64,000 nucleotides of DNA. Origin: an uncultured Bacteroidota bacterium (GTDB taxonomy: Bacteria > Bacteroidota > Bacteroidia > Bacteroidales > P3). Below, in pieces: positions 44,632 through 53,357 of the stretch. The position numbers and the translations under genes are program-made. The notes below the pieces were generated by a model, which was not told the origin of the DNA, made no database searches, and was given only the letters and a program-made list of their open reading frames with translations. How positions within the stretch are numbered: the stretch's first letter is position 1; every line of letters starts with the position of its first letter. The stretch lies in the NCBI GenBank assembly GCA_902774845.1, contig CACYJU010000005.1:22050-86049 (forward strand). The letters run 5' to 3'.

Positions 44632-45848
44632 TATCTGGTTCTACCAGGATAGACTTTCAGGGCCTCTTCGAGGCATTTGATTGCAGCCTTGAGGTCTTCG
44701 ATGCAGATGCAGTAGGTGATACGAGCCTGATGACGTCCGCGCTCGGGGTTCTCATAGAATCCGGTGGCGGGAGCCAGCATCACGGTGGCACCGTTATAGT
44801 TGAAGTCTGTCAGCAGCCACTGGCAGAACTTGTCGCTGTCGTCAATGGGCAGGTCTATCACTGTGTAGAACGCACCTTTCGGCATCGGGCAGAAGCAGCC
44901 TGGTATCTTGTTGATGCCGTCCACGATGACGTTGCGGCGTGCCACATACTCCGACTGCACTTTGTCGAAATACTCCTGCGGGGTGTCTACGGCAGCCTCG
45001 CCAAATATCTGTCCAAAGCTCGGGGGCGAAAGACGGGCTTGTGCCAGACGCATTGCTATGGCGTAGACCTCGCTGTTGCGAGTCACCATGCAGCCCACGC
45101 GGGCGCCGCAGGCACTGTAGCGTTTCGACACCGAGTCGAACAGGATGGTGTTGCGCTCCAGACCTTCCAGCTGCATCACGCTGAAATGGGAGTGTCCGTC
45201 ATAGCAGAACTCGCGGTACACCTCGTCGGCAAACAGGTAAAGGTCATATTTCTTCACCAAGCCGGCCACTTTCAGCAGCTCGTCTTTGGTGTAGAGGTAA
45301 CCCGTCGGGTTGTTGGGGTTGCAGATCATGATAGCCTTCGTGCGAGGGGTGATGACCTTCTCAAAATCCTCAATCGGAGGCAGTGCGAAACCAGAGCGGA
45401 TGTCGCTCGGGATGGTGACGATCTTTGCGTCGCACAGCTTGGCGAAGGTGTTGTAGTTGGTGTAGTAAGGCTCGGGGATGATGATTTCGTCGCCGGGGTT
45501 GAGACAGACGGTGAAGGCCATCTGCAGGGCCTCGCTGCCGCCGGTGGTGACGATAATCTGGTTGGGGGTCACGTCGATGCCGTGCTTGTGGTAGTAGTTG
45601 CACAGGGCTCTGCGGTAGGAGGGGATACCTGCCGAATGGCTGTACTCCAGGACTCCCTTCCACTGTGGCAGCTCGCGGGCGGTGTCGGCCAGTGCTGCCA
45701 GCGCACCTTTCGGGGTCTCGATGTCGGGCTGGCCGATATTCAGGTGATAGACGTGTATTCCGCGGCTCTTCGCCTCGTCGGCGAAAGGAACCAGCTTGCG
45801 GATTGCCGACTGCGGCAGTTCGTAACCTTTGTTGGATATTTGTGGCAT
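44631..45848 (-). CDS. PLP-dependent (class I/II) aminotransferase
   Basis: PLP-lysine motif SVSKRYSACGARVG, plus NPNNPTG. Confidence 0.88.
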   Translation of the reverse strand: MPQISNKGYELPQSAIRKLVPFADEAKSRGIHVYHLNIGQPDIETPKGALAALADTARELPQWKGVLEYSHSAGIPSYRRALCNYYHKHGIDVTPNQIIVTTGGSEALQMAFTVCLNPGDEIIIPEPYYTNYNTFAKLCDAKIVTIPSDIRSGFALPPIEDFEKVITPRTKAIMICNPNNPTGYLYTKDELLKVAGLVKKYDLYLFADEVYREFCYDGHSHFSVMQLEGLERNTILFDSVSKRYSACGARVGCMVTRNSEVYAIAMRLAQARLSPPSFGQIFGEAAVDTPQEYFDKVQSEYVARRNVIVDGINKIPGCFCPMPKGAFYTVIDLPIDDSDKFCQWLLTDFNYNGATVMLAPATGFYENPERGRHQARITYCICIEDLKAAIKCLEEALKVYPGRTR

Positions 45849-45902
45849 AATATTAATTATTGATTTTGAATTTGATTCGGGTTATCCTTTGAAGAGAAAA
45901 GT

Positions 45903-45942
45903 GACAGTGCGGCATCGGATTTCGGTCCAATTCCGCACTGTC
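45903..45942 (-). terminator. Rho-independent terminator of the DUF1573 gene
   Basis: Perfect 10-bp inverted repeat GACAGTGCGG ... CCGCACTGTC, followed on the minus strand by acttttctcttc. Confidence 0.65.
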
Positions 45943-45987
45943 GTCTATTTAAATGTCAGAATGCCTAACGCACTCACGCATTGTTTC

Positions 45988-46413
45988 TTATTTCTTTTCT
46001 TCTACGGGGTTTGACGGGGCTTCAACGGTGCCTTTGATCTTCAGCACCAGGCGCGGGTTGTCTACTGCGTTCGAGGTGACGGTGATGGTCTTGTTGAATC
46101 CGCCCACGTTGTTGGTGTTGTATTTCACCTGGATGGTCTGTGATTTGCCGGGCATGACGGGCTCTTTTGGCCAGATGGGTACGGTGCAGCCGCAGGAGGC
46201 TTTCACGTTCGAGAGGATAAGGGGCTCGTTGCCGGTGTTGGTGAACTTGAACTCGCAGGCGCCGTCGCCACCCTTCTGTATCGTACCGTAGTTGTGTTCC
46301 ATCTCGGTGAACGAAATCTTCGCACCCGACACGTTCTCGGGTTGTGCATCCTGTGCTTTGGCCACGCCGAAAGTCAGTACGGCGACAAGGCTCAATAAAA
46401 ACAGTTTCTTCAT
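45988..46413 (-). CDS. DUF1573 domain protein, secreted
   Basis: Signal peptide, then FKFTNTGNEPLILSNVKASCGCTVP. Confidence 0.8.
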   Translation of the reverse strand: MKKLFLLSLVAVLTFGVAKAQDAQPENVSGAKISFTEMEHNYGTIQKGGDGACEFKFTNTGNEPLILSNVKASCGCTVPIWPKEPVMPGKSQTIQVKYNTNNVGGFNKTITVTSNAVDNPRLVLKIKGTVEAPSNPVEEKK

Positions 46414-46642
46414 GGTTATGATTTTACTTTTAGTGATTTACTTGTGTTATGTTTTTATAAAACGATTCTTCTTTAATTTTGTTGCATCCGAGGTGCAAAA
46501 TTACATTTTTTTTAGTTTTTGTGTCTTTGGGGATTTCTTTCCCTCGACTATTCTTTTGTAACGCAGAGGTCGATTTTATTGCAAAAATCTCTCAAAAGAC
46601 AATCTTTTTCATCATTACTTTTCACATTTTCATTTTTATTTG

Positions 46643-46650
46643 TACTTTTG
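46643..46650 (+). promoter_or_regulatory. -7 promoter box TActTTTG for tRNA-Gln
   Basis: tgTACTTTTGcagcc lies 37 nt upstream of the tRNA. Confidence 0.5.
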
Positions 46651-46686
46651 CAGCCGTTTTCAGAACCGAAAGAAGTTCTAAAATGC

Positions 46687-46757
46687 TGTCCCATGGTGTA
46701 ATGGTAGCACATCAGATTTTGGTTCTGCTTGCCCAAGTTCGAATCTTGGTGGGACAA
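46687..46757 (+). tRNA. tRNA-Gln (UUG)
   Basis: Acceptor TGTCCCA/TGGGACA, D arm GTGT-AATGGTA-GCAC, anticodon loop TTTTGGT, T arm CCAAG-TTCGAAT-CTTGG. Folded by hand. Confidence 0.85.
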
Positions 46758-46760
46758 CGA

Positions 46761-46791
46761 AGAGCATCCGATTGAGGATGCTCTTTTTTTG
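46761..46791 (+). terminator. Rho-independent terminator
   Basis: AGAGCATCC-gattga-GGATGCTCT followed by TTTTTTT. Confidence 0.8.
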
Positions 46792-46992
46792 TGGCTTCTT
46801 TTGAACACGGATCTCTCGACTCACGAAGTGACGGTGAGCTCCGCTGAATCGAATAAAATGTAGCGAACAATTTTCACGGATTCTTTGATTCTGGTCGCTT
46901 CGCTCAAAATCTTTCGAAAATCTATCTTAAAATCCATAGAAAACCATTGACGTAATCGGATGAGCCGTTAACCATTTACTCCGAAGGAGGCA

Positions 46993-47030
46993 ACCATTAA
47001 CCACTAACCGTTAACCACTAACCATTAACC
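46993..47030. repeat. Five to six 7-bp tandem units (AACCATT/AACCACT/AACCGTT)
   Basis: Read directly from the sequence. Confidence 0.9.
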
Positions 47031-47096
47031 AAAAAAGTCACCACCTCGAAGGTGCCCTACGGTTGGTTTGGTAGCAGAAAAAGTGTAATTGTTGTT

Positions 47097-47861
47097 TCAT
47101 ATTGTACTACTTGTGCTACCACAAACTCCAAATACACCGGATTTGTCCTCCCAGATTTTTTCCCCCTTGTTGTTGAAATACACCACATGACCGTTAAGAC
47201 GAGAGGTCACGAATTGTAATTCGTAATCAACAGCAGCAGCTTCAAAATATTCAGTGAAAGGTGTCTCGTAAATAACAGGTGCCAAAGTATTGCCATAGAT
47301 GTCCACCAAGCCATACTTCTCATTAAGTTTCGTATCTTTAAGTTCAACCATAAATACATCATCAAAGATGGATTTCAATTCATCATATTGAGGGTAAATG
47401 GCAATTCCTTTTTTGTTAGCCAAGCCCTTTTCCCAACCTTGGTGAAGAACGAACCCGCTGCCACACTTCTCAATAAAATCAAATTGAGGCTCTACAATAA
47501 TAGTGTCTCCAAAAATGAGTCCATATTTAAAAACATCCCAATCCTTTTTTTCACTAATAAGCCAAATTCCATCACCCAATTCGCGTAGTCGTCTATATGA
47601 ATGCGGCGTTTTATTGACAAAAACTTTCCAGTATTCGTCCGTAACTTGCTCGAACGGATAATTGCATGGGATTACTGTTTCCCCAATTTTGTTTATAAAT
47701 CCATATTTTCCGTCAATCATAACACATGCAATTCCATCGGAGAATAAGTACGCTTCGTCATACTGTGGAGGTATCACAACCTCGCCCTTAAGGTTAATGT
47801 AGCCCCATTTTTCTCCCATGGGTACGGAAAGTAACTCGTTGTCATTGTATTCTTCTTTCAT
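47097..47861 (-). CDS. WG-repeat (KWG) protein
   Basis: EKWGYINLKGEVVIPPQYDEA, GKYGFINKIGETVIP, EKYGLVDIYGNTLAP. Confidence 0.75.
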   Translation of the reverse strand: MKEEYNDNELLSVPMGEKWGYINLKGEVVIPPQYDEAYLFSDGIACVMIDGKYGFINKIGETVIPCNYPFEQVTDEYWKVFVNKTPHSYRRLRELGDGIWLISEKKDWDVFKYGLIFGDTIIVEPQFDFIEKCGSGFVLHQGWEKGLANKKGIAIYPQYDELKSIFDDVFMVELKDTKLNEKYGLVDIYGNTLAPVIYETPFTEYFEAAAVDYELQFVTSRLNGHVVYFNNKGEKIWEDKSGVFGVCGSTSSTI

Positions 47862-47862
47862 G

Positions 47863-48555
47863 TTATTGGATGTTTAAGTATTCGCATAATTGGGTTATTT
47901 CGTCTCGGTGTATTCTCTCCTCGGATTTCAAACGGCTCTGCATTGAGCATACAAAAAGATGCGACCCCTCAAGTTTGGTTTTGCTGTCATCACCGTAGTT
48001 AATTCTTCTGTTATCATTCAACAATCCATTGATGCGATAAAGTGTTCCCTTTTCTCCAAGTCGTCTCGGCAGTTCAACTCGTTCCAAATCATAGCCCATC
48101 CACGGTGCATCCGGTTTTGTCCCATAATAGAACGCCGATGATTTGTTGGCATGGATTATCAGTTGGGGCTTCAGCCGTTCTAATTCACGCTGAGTTACCC
48201 TGAGTATTTCTGCTTTTAGCTTTAATGGAACGTACTTTTCAAATTCGTGTTTCTGTTTCGTTACCCGTAGGGGGAAGAGGTCAATGTAGCCAGCATCGTA
48301 AAACGCAAGATTTCTTTTCCACAGGTTCCAGTATCTGCCAGAGCAATCATGAAAAGGGATTGGTTCAGCCTTTTCTTTCCCATCGAACGACGGATTGACA
48401 CCTGAAAGCAAAATTCCGCCACCTTTATTGCCGATACAAAGCCAAAAGCCTCGCTTCAAAATATCTTCAAGTTCAGGATACCGTTTTTTCCAAGATTCTC
48501 CTTGATCGTTTTTCCAGCGGTCTATTGCCGCATTATATTCTTTTTCTAATCTCAT
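47863..48555 (-). CDS. Hypothetical protein with MUG/TDG-like motif order (same family as 1836-2612)
   Basis: GGGILLSGVNPSFDGKE, YWNLW, AGYIDLFPLRVTKQ, KPQLIIHANKSSAF. It sits in an AT-rich islet with a 1-nt spacer to the WG-repeat gene. Confidence 0.4.
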   Translation of the reverse strand: MRLEKEYNAAIDRWKNDQGESWKKRYPELEDILKRGFWLCIGNKGGGILLSGVNPSFDGKEKAEPIPFHDCSGRYWNLWKRNLAFYDAGYIDLFPLRVTKQKHEFEKYVPLKLKAEILRVTQRELERLKPQLIIHANKSSAFYYGTKPDAPWMGYDLERVELPRRLGEKGTLYRINGLLNDNRRINYGDDSKTKLEGSHLFVCSMQSRLKSEERIHRDEITQLCEYLNIQ

Positions 48556-48751
48556 ATTGTTGCATTTTTGTTGTTAAACTATGTCGAAATGCAAAAGACA
48601 GAAAAAATTTTGAACCGACCAAATCTACGAACAACTTTTTTCAGAAATAATGCCGTTTTAACAAAGAACCGTCAAAATTCAGAGATGCTTAGGAAATCTT
48701 TTAACATTTCAACCTTTTAAGCGAAGCAAACCTTTTTTAGCTTCATCCACC

Positions 48752-48791
48752 CACTCAAGCACTCAAGCACTCAAGCATTCACGCACTCCCC
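48752..48791. repeat. Five 8-bp tandem units (CACTCAAG x3, CATTCACG, CACTCCCC)
   Basis: Read directly from the sequence. The stop codon of the minus-strand gene (48771-73) lies inside unit 3. Confidence 0.9.
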
Positions 48792-49508
48792 CACAATCCC
48801 ATGTATCCGGCAATCCTTCTTGCCCAGCCCTTCTAACAGCTTGTAGTAGTTGCCTTCCTTTTTCTTCTTTGTCACCTCTCCGCTCACCTCGCCTTCTGGC
48901 CCTTTCCATTCCGCTCCGTTGCAGAGCGTCACGTTGAACGCTATGATTTCATACTTCCTCACTTCTCCTTTCCTGTCCACAGGCAGCACCACATCCCGCA
49001 TCTCTCCGTCCGACACAAACACCTCTGTCTTCATACATCTCATCACTCCCTTCTCGTCAAACCCTACAATCTGGTAAACCACCACCTCTCCCGTAGCTGC
49101 TCCTATCTTGTGTTCCGTCTCGTTGAACACCATCCTTAGCTCTGTCGACACATGCCTGCCGCTCTTCTCGTTTAACACCCTCTCAAACAAATTCATGTCC
49201 ACTCCCTTTAGCTTCCCTCCCACAACAGTTTGGCTCATCATCGCCGACGAGCATATTATCGTCCTCACCTTGAATGCGTCGTTCTCCACCTTCATTAGGT
49301 TCGCCTTCAGCACGGGCAGCCACAAGCCCGTAAACTGCGTGGCCTGAGTGAATCTCTCTCTAGTCCTCTTTTGCTTTTTCGTGTTAGGGTTCCTCATCTT
49401 GCTTATCGCACTTGTGATCACCTGCCTCCCTCTCACCACTCTGTATTGGTGGCCGCCTACCTGCCCGTGCCACAGCGTCGTCACCGGATTATGTTCTACG
49501 TATGCCAT
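48771..49508 (-). CDS. Hypothetical protein with a basic N-terminal region
   Basis: The start is set at MAYVEHNP (49508), downstream of a minus-strand TAtcTTTG box (plus-strand caaagata at 49535-42). No motif assigned. Confidence 0.45.
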   Translation of the reverse strand: MAYVEHNPVTTLWHGQVGGHQYRVVRGRQVITSAISKMRNPNTKKQKRTRERFTQATQFTGLWLPVLKANLMKVENDAFKVRTIICSSAMMSQTVVGGKLKGVDMNLFERVLNEKSGRHVSTELRMVFNETEHKIGAATGEVVVYQIVGFDEKGVMRCMKTEVFVSDGEMRDVVLPVDRKGEVRKYEIIAFNVTLCNGAEWKGPEGEVSGEVTKKKKEGNYYKLLEGLGKKDCRIHGIVGECVNA

Positions 49509-49710
49509 AACTCTTATTTTATGATTACCTCCGCAAAGATACAGATTTTCCATCAATCTACCAGATGAAAATCATTCACAATCTCCCAAACTCCTATCTC
49601 TCAATCACTTCGACACCAGTTGTCCTCCTCTTGCCAAGCCTCTATGAAGCCTTCAGCCCCCATCCGTTACCTCCTTTTGACCCCTTTCTGATAGTATATT
49701 CTACCAAGAA

Positions 49711-49746
49711 CCTCCCTAATACCTCCCTAATAGCTCCCTAATACCT
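49711..49746. repeat. Three 11-bp tandem units (CCTCCCTAATA x2, GCTCCCTAATA)
   Basis: Read directly from the sequence. Confidence 0.85.
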
Positions 49747-49947
49747 ACCATATATAATGGTGATTATAAGCACTTTGCTTAGTGTTGGCAAGCAGTTGTC
49801 TTAGATTTTCTTTCGCACTGTTAATGAGTTGTTTACCTCCTTGCTATGTAAGTAATATGCCTCCTCTCGCTCTACATCCGCAAGTTATGAGTTGGGTGGT
49901 GTTGAAAAATGATTGTCGGTGATGGGGTTGGGCTTTCGGGATATTCG

Positions 49948-49955
49948 TATTTTTG
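49948..49955 (+). promoter_or_regulatory. -7 promoter box TAttTTTG
   Basis: cgTATTTTTGcacttt lies 21 nt upstream of the ftsE ATG. Confidence 0.55.
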
Positions 49956-49975
49956 CACTTTGAAAAAATAGTACT

Positions 49976-50653
49976 ATGGAAGAAGAGATAATCCACCTGA
50001 AGGATGTGCTGATAAGCTACGACGAGGAGGCACCTATACTGTCGCATGTGAACCTTTCGCTGAAGAAGGGCGAGTTTGCCTACCTGATTGGCAAGAGCGG
50101 TGCCGGCAAGACGTCGCTCCTGCGGTCGCTCTATGCGCAGCAGTCGATAGAGGGGCTGGAGGCCAATGTGTGCGGCTTCGACCTGCTGAAGATGAAGCGT
50201 CGCCGTCTGCCGCTCCTGCGGAGGAAGATTGGCATCGTGTTCCAGGATTTCAACCTGCTGAACGACCGCAACGTGTATGACAACCTCTACTTCGTGCTGC
50301 GTGCCACTGGATGGAAGAAACGCAAGATGATTGACCAGCGTATCATGGAGACGCTGGAGTCGGTGGGGTTGGGCGGCAAGGCCTCGTCGCGCACCTACCA
50401 GCTGTCCGAAGGTGAGCAGCAGAGGGTGGGCATAGCGCGTGCGCTGATAAACAACCCCGAGCTGATTCTCGCCGACGAGCCGACGGGCAACCTCGACCCC
50501 ATCACGTCGTCGGAGATCATGCAGCTGCTCACGGACATAAACAAGAACTCGGGCATCCCCATGCTCATCTCCACCCACGACTTCATGATGATCGACAAGT
50601 TCCAGGCGAGGGTGATATGCTGCGAGAACGGGACGGTGGTCGATCCGGAGTGA
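49976..50653 (+). CDS. ftsE: Cell-division ABC ATP-binding protein FtsE
   Basis: Walker A GKSGAGKTS, signature LSEGEQQRV, Walker B LILADEPTGNLDP. About 225 aa. Confidence 0.8.
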   Translation: MEEEIIHLKDVLISYDEEAPILSHVNLSLKKGEFAYLIGKSGAGKTSLLRSLYAQQSIEGLEANVCGFDLLKMKRRRLPLLRRKIGIVFQDFNLLNDRNVYDNLYFVLRATGWKKRKMIDQRIMETLESVGLGGKASSRTYQLSEGEQQRVGIARALINNPELILADEPTGNLDPITSSEIMQLLTDINKNSGIPMLISTHDFMMIDKFQARVICCENGTVVDPE

Positions 50654-50657
50654 GGGG

Positions 50658-50705
50658 GTGATTGCTTGAATGCTTGATTGCGTTATTGCTTGAATGCTTG
50701 AGTTG
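50658..50705. repeat. Six 8-bp tandem units (GTGATTGC, TTGAATGC, TTGATTGC, GTTATTGC ...)
   Basis: Read directly from the sequence. The array starts 5 nt after the ftsE stop. Confidence 0.9.
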
Positions 50706-50765
50706 GTTGGACAATAAAAAACGATTAATCACGTTTGTAGATTTGTTCTTTTTAAACTTTCGACT

Positions 50766-51704
50766 ATGAAAAAGCTACTCTTAATAATCCTCGCAGTATT
50801 GCTTGCGGCACCGGTGGTGTCGGCTCAGAACAAGGATAAGAAGGGCAAGAAAGAGGTGTCGCCCATAATAGAAGGACGCCAGAAGGTGAGAGAAACCGAC
50901 TACGACTCGGTGTGGAAATTCACCACCTTCGACAACAAGAAGAAATACTACTGCAACTTCGACTACAGGACGATAGTCGATATCGTGGCGCAGAAAAACG
51001 CCGAGAAACTGCAGGTCTGGGGCGCGTTCCAGCCGGTGATGAACTACCTGCAGACGGTGCCGCGTGCCCCGCTGAAGATGTGCGCTGTCTTCGCCATCAA
51101 CCCCAACATCACCGACGAGAACCACCGCAACGCACTGGTGGAGGCCGCCCGCGAGGACGCGCAGTCGGCTTACGTCATCTTCACCGACTGGGCTCAGGAG
51201 AAAGAGATGAAGAACAAGTTCTCTTTCAACGTGGCACAGGTGGACTACCGCTACTGGAAAGGCAACGCCTACTTCCTGCAGGAACCTCCGACCGACGACA
51301 TCATCGTGCTGGGCTATGTCCTCTATTTCGGCACTAAGAAAATAAACCTCTTCCCCAACGCTACCGAAGGGGCTCAGACTTTCAACGACATCAAGTTCTT
51401 CCCCAACGACGCCACCATCATGGATTCGTACATACCGCTCATCGACCAGCTGGCAAACTACCTCAAGGAGAACGACAGCTTCGAGGTGCTGCTCACCGGA
51501 TATACCGACAACCAGGGCACTAACGCCTACTGCACGGGTTTGGCTCGTCAGCGTGCCACCGAGGTGAAAAAGCAGCTGCTCAAACGTGGCATCGCCGACT
51601 ACAAGATAGAGATAGACCCCAAGGGTGCCGCCGACCCCATAGGCGACAACAGCACCTACGAGGGCCGTATAGCCAACAACCGCGTGTCGATAAAGATTCA
51701 GTAG
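50766..51704 (+). CDS. OmpA-family protein
   Basis: Signal peptide, and the C-terminal OmpA-like LTGYTDNQGTNAYCTGLARQRATEVKKQL ... NRVSI. Confidence 0.8.
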   Translation: MKKLLLIILAVLLAAPVVSAQNKDKKGKKEVSPIIEGRQKVRETDYDSVWKFTTFDNKKKYYCNFDYRTIVDIVAQKNAEKLQVWGAFQPVMNYLQTVPRAPLKMCAVFAINPNITDENHRNALVEAAREDAQSAYVIFTDWAQEKEMKNKFSFNVAQVDYRYWKGNAYFLQEPPTDDIIVLGYVLYFGTKKINLFPNATEGAQTFNDIKFFPNDATIMDSYIPLIDQLANYLKENDSFEVLLTGYTDNQGTNAYCTGLARQRATEVKKQLLKRGIADYKIEIDPKGAADPIGDNSTYEGRIANNRVSIKIQ

Positions 51705-51711
51705 TTGGAGA

Positions 51712-51756
51712 CTTGTCTAACCTGTCCGACCTGTCCGACTAGTCCGACTAGTCAGA
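51712..51756. repeat. Five 9-bp tandem units (CTTGTCTAA, CCTGTCCGA x2, CTAGTCCGA, CTAGTCAGA)
   Basis: Read directly from the sequence. Confidence 0.9.
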
Positions 51757-51838
51757 CAAAAAACAATCAACCACCATCACAAATAAAGAGACATACAGAC
51801 AGTTATGCGAGACAGAGGGCGAGAAGATCCCTCTGTTT

Positions 51839-52738
51839 TTGCAATATTGGTGGATGGAGACCGTCTGTGAGGGCAAGGAGTGGGATGTGGCGCTGGCTCG
51901 CGACGAGGGCGGTCGCCTCCTGGCCGCTCTCCCTTATCTCATAAGACGGCGTATGGGCATGCGCTATGTGCTGGAACCTCTGCTCACCCAGTTCTCCGGT
52001 CCTTACTTCTGCTTCCCGTCGGATATGTCGGAGCGCCGCCGTACTGACTACGCCCACCGCGCCGCCGACAAACTGATTGACAGCCTCGCCGAGCTGAAGC
52101 TCGACTACTTCCTCCAGCGGTTCTCGCCCGAGGTGACCGACTGGCTCCCGTTCTACTGGCGCGGCTTCAAGCAGACCACCCGCTACACCTACCGCCTCGA
52201 CGACATAAGCGACCCCGACCGTGTGTTCGAGAACTTCGACCGCACCAAAGAACGGCAACGCCGGATAAGGCAGATCGCCGACCTCTATAGTGTCGACACC
52301 CAGCTTGACGCCGCTACCTTCGTGCGCTTCCACGCTAACTACTGGCGCTCTCGCGGAGAGAAAGATCTCCTGCCCGAAAGCTTCATGCGACGTGTGATAG
52401 AGACGGCCTCCTCGCGTGGAGAGGGAATGACCCTCGCCCTGCGTGACTGCAAGGGTGAGCTGGCAGTCGCCTGGTTCGCTGTCTACGACCGGAACTGCGC
52501 CCACGCGCTCCTCTCGGCGAAGGCTCCGTCGGTGAAGTCGGCCGACGTGAGCGCCCTGCTCGTGTGGCATCTCATAAAAAGCCTCTCGGCTCACACCAAG
52601 GCATTCGACTTCGAGGGCAGCATGGAACCTTCGCTGGAGTATTTCTACCGCTCCTTCGGAGCCCGTCAGGTGCCGCTGATGGAGGTGACGCGTGTGGGTA
52701 ACCCGCTCTTCCCGTTACTCTTAAAGCTGCGCCGATGA
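51839..52738 (+). CDS. FemAB-like / GNAT-superfamily protein (start uncertain)
   Basis: The overall pattern (WD...LP...R, ...F..FH..Y...G) resembles FemAB/Acetyltransf_6 proteins. Possible starts are TTG at 51839 or ATG at 51854. Confidence 0.4.
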   Translation: MQYWWMETVCEGKEWDVALARDEGGRLLAALPYLIRRRMGMRYVLEPLLTQFSGPYFCFPSDMSERRRTDYAHRAADKLIDSLAELKLDYFLQRFSPEVTDWLPFYWRGFKQTTRYTYRLDDISDPDRVFENFDRTKERQRRIRQIADLYSVDTQLDAATFVRFHANYWRSRGEKDLLPESFMRRVIETASSRGEGMTLALRDCKGELAVAWFAVYDRNCAHALLSAKAPSVKSADVSALLVWHLIKSLSAHTKAFDFEGSMEPSLEYFYRSFGARQVPLMEVTRVGNPLFPLLLKLRR

Positions 52739-53208
52739 ACATAAAGCTCATAGTTGTAGGCAAGACCAACGTGGCATACGTGCAGCAGGGGCTCGACGAC
52801 TATATGGCACGCTTGAAACACTACATCCCCTTTGAGATGGTGGTGATACCGTCGCTGAAGAACGCCGCCACGCTGAGTGCCGACGAGCTGAAAGAGAGGG
52901 AGGGTCAGCTGATACTGAAACAGACGGAGAAGGCCGACATGACCGTGCTGCTCGACGAGCACGGCAAAGAGCACACGTCGGTGGGGTTCTCGGAATATCT
53001 GCAGCGACAGTTGAACTCAGGCATACGCACGCTGGCCTTCGTCATAGGCGGGGCCTACGGCTTCTCGCCGGAGGTGTACAAAGCCGCCAACGGCAAGATC
53101 TCGCTCTCGCAGATGACCTTCAACCACCAGATGGTGCGCCTCTTCTTCACAGAACAGCTCTACCGCGCCTTCACCATCCTCAACCACGAGAAATACCATA
53201 ATGAGTAG
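52735..53208 (+). CDS. rlmH: 23S rRNA (pseudouridine1915-N3)-methyltransferase
   Basis: 157 aa, SPOUT C-terminus FVIGGAYGFSPEV ... LSQMTFNHQMVRLFFTEQLYRAF. Confidence 0.88.
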   Translation: MNIKLIVVGKTNVAYVQQGLDDYMARLKHYIPFEMVVIPSLKNAATLSADELKEREGQLILKQTEKADMTVLLDEHGKEHTSVGFSEYLQRQLNSGIRTLAFVIGGAYGFSPEVYKAANGKISLSQMTFNHQMVRLFFTEQLYRAFTILNHEKYHNE

Positions 53209-53281
53209 GCGTCGAAATTCATAAAACTTTTTTGAGGGGAAGTACAATAATAAAACCAATAGTGAGTTTATATAAGAGATT

Positions 53282-53354
53282 GCGACAGTAGCTCAGTTGG
53301 TAGAGCGGCGGCTTCCCAAGCCGCAGGTCGCGGGTTCGAGCCCCGTCTGTCGCT
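53282..53354 (+). tRNA. tRNA-Gly (CCC)
   Basis: Acceptor GCGACAG/CTGTCGC, D arm GCTC-AGTTGGTA-GAGC, anticodon arm GCGGC-TTCCCAA-GCCGC, T arm GCGGG-TTCGAGC-CCCGT. Confidence 0.9.
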
Positions 53355-53357
53355 CAA

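Noticed and set aside
46687-49700. I considered a tRNA-Gln-targeted integrative element.
   Set aside because: No integrase or recombinase ORF is present. I could not find a direct repeat of the tRNA 3' end within the following 3 kb. It is kept only as a compositional islet in the findings.
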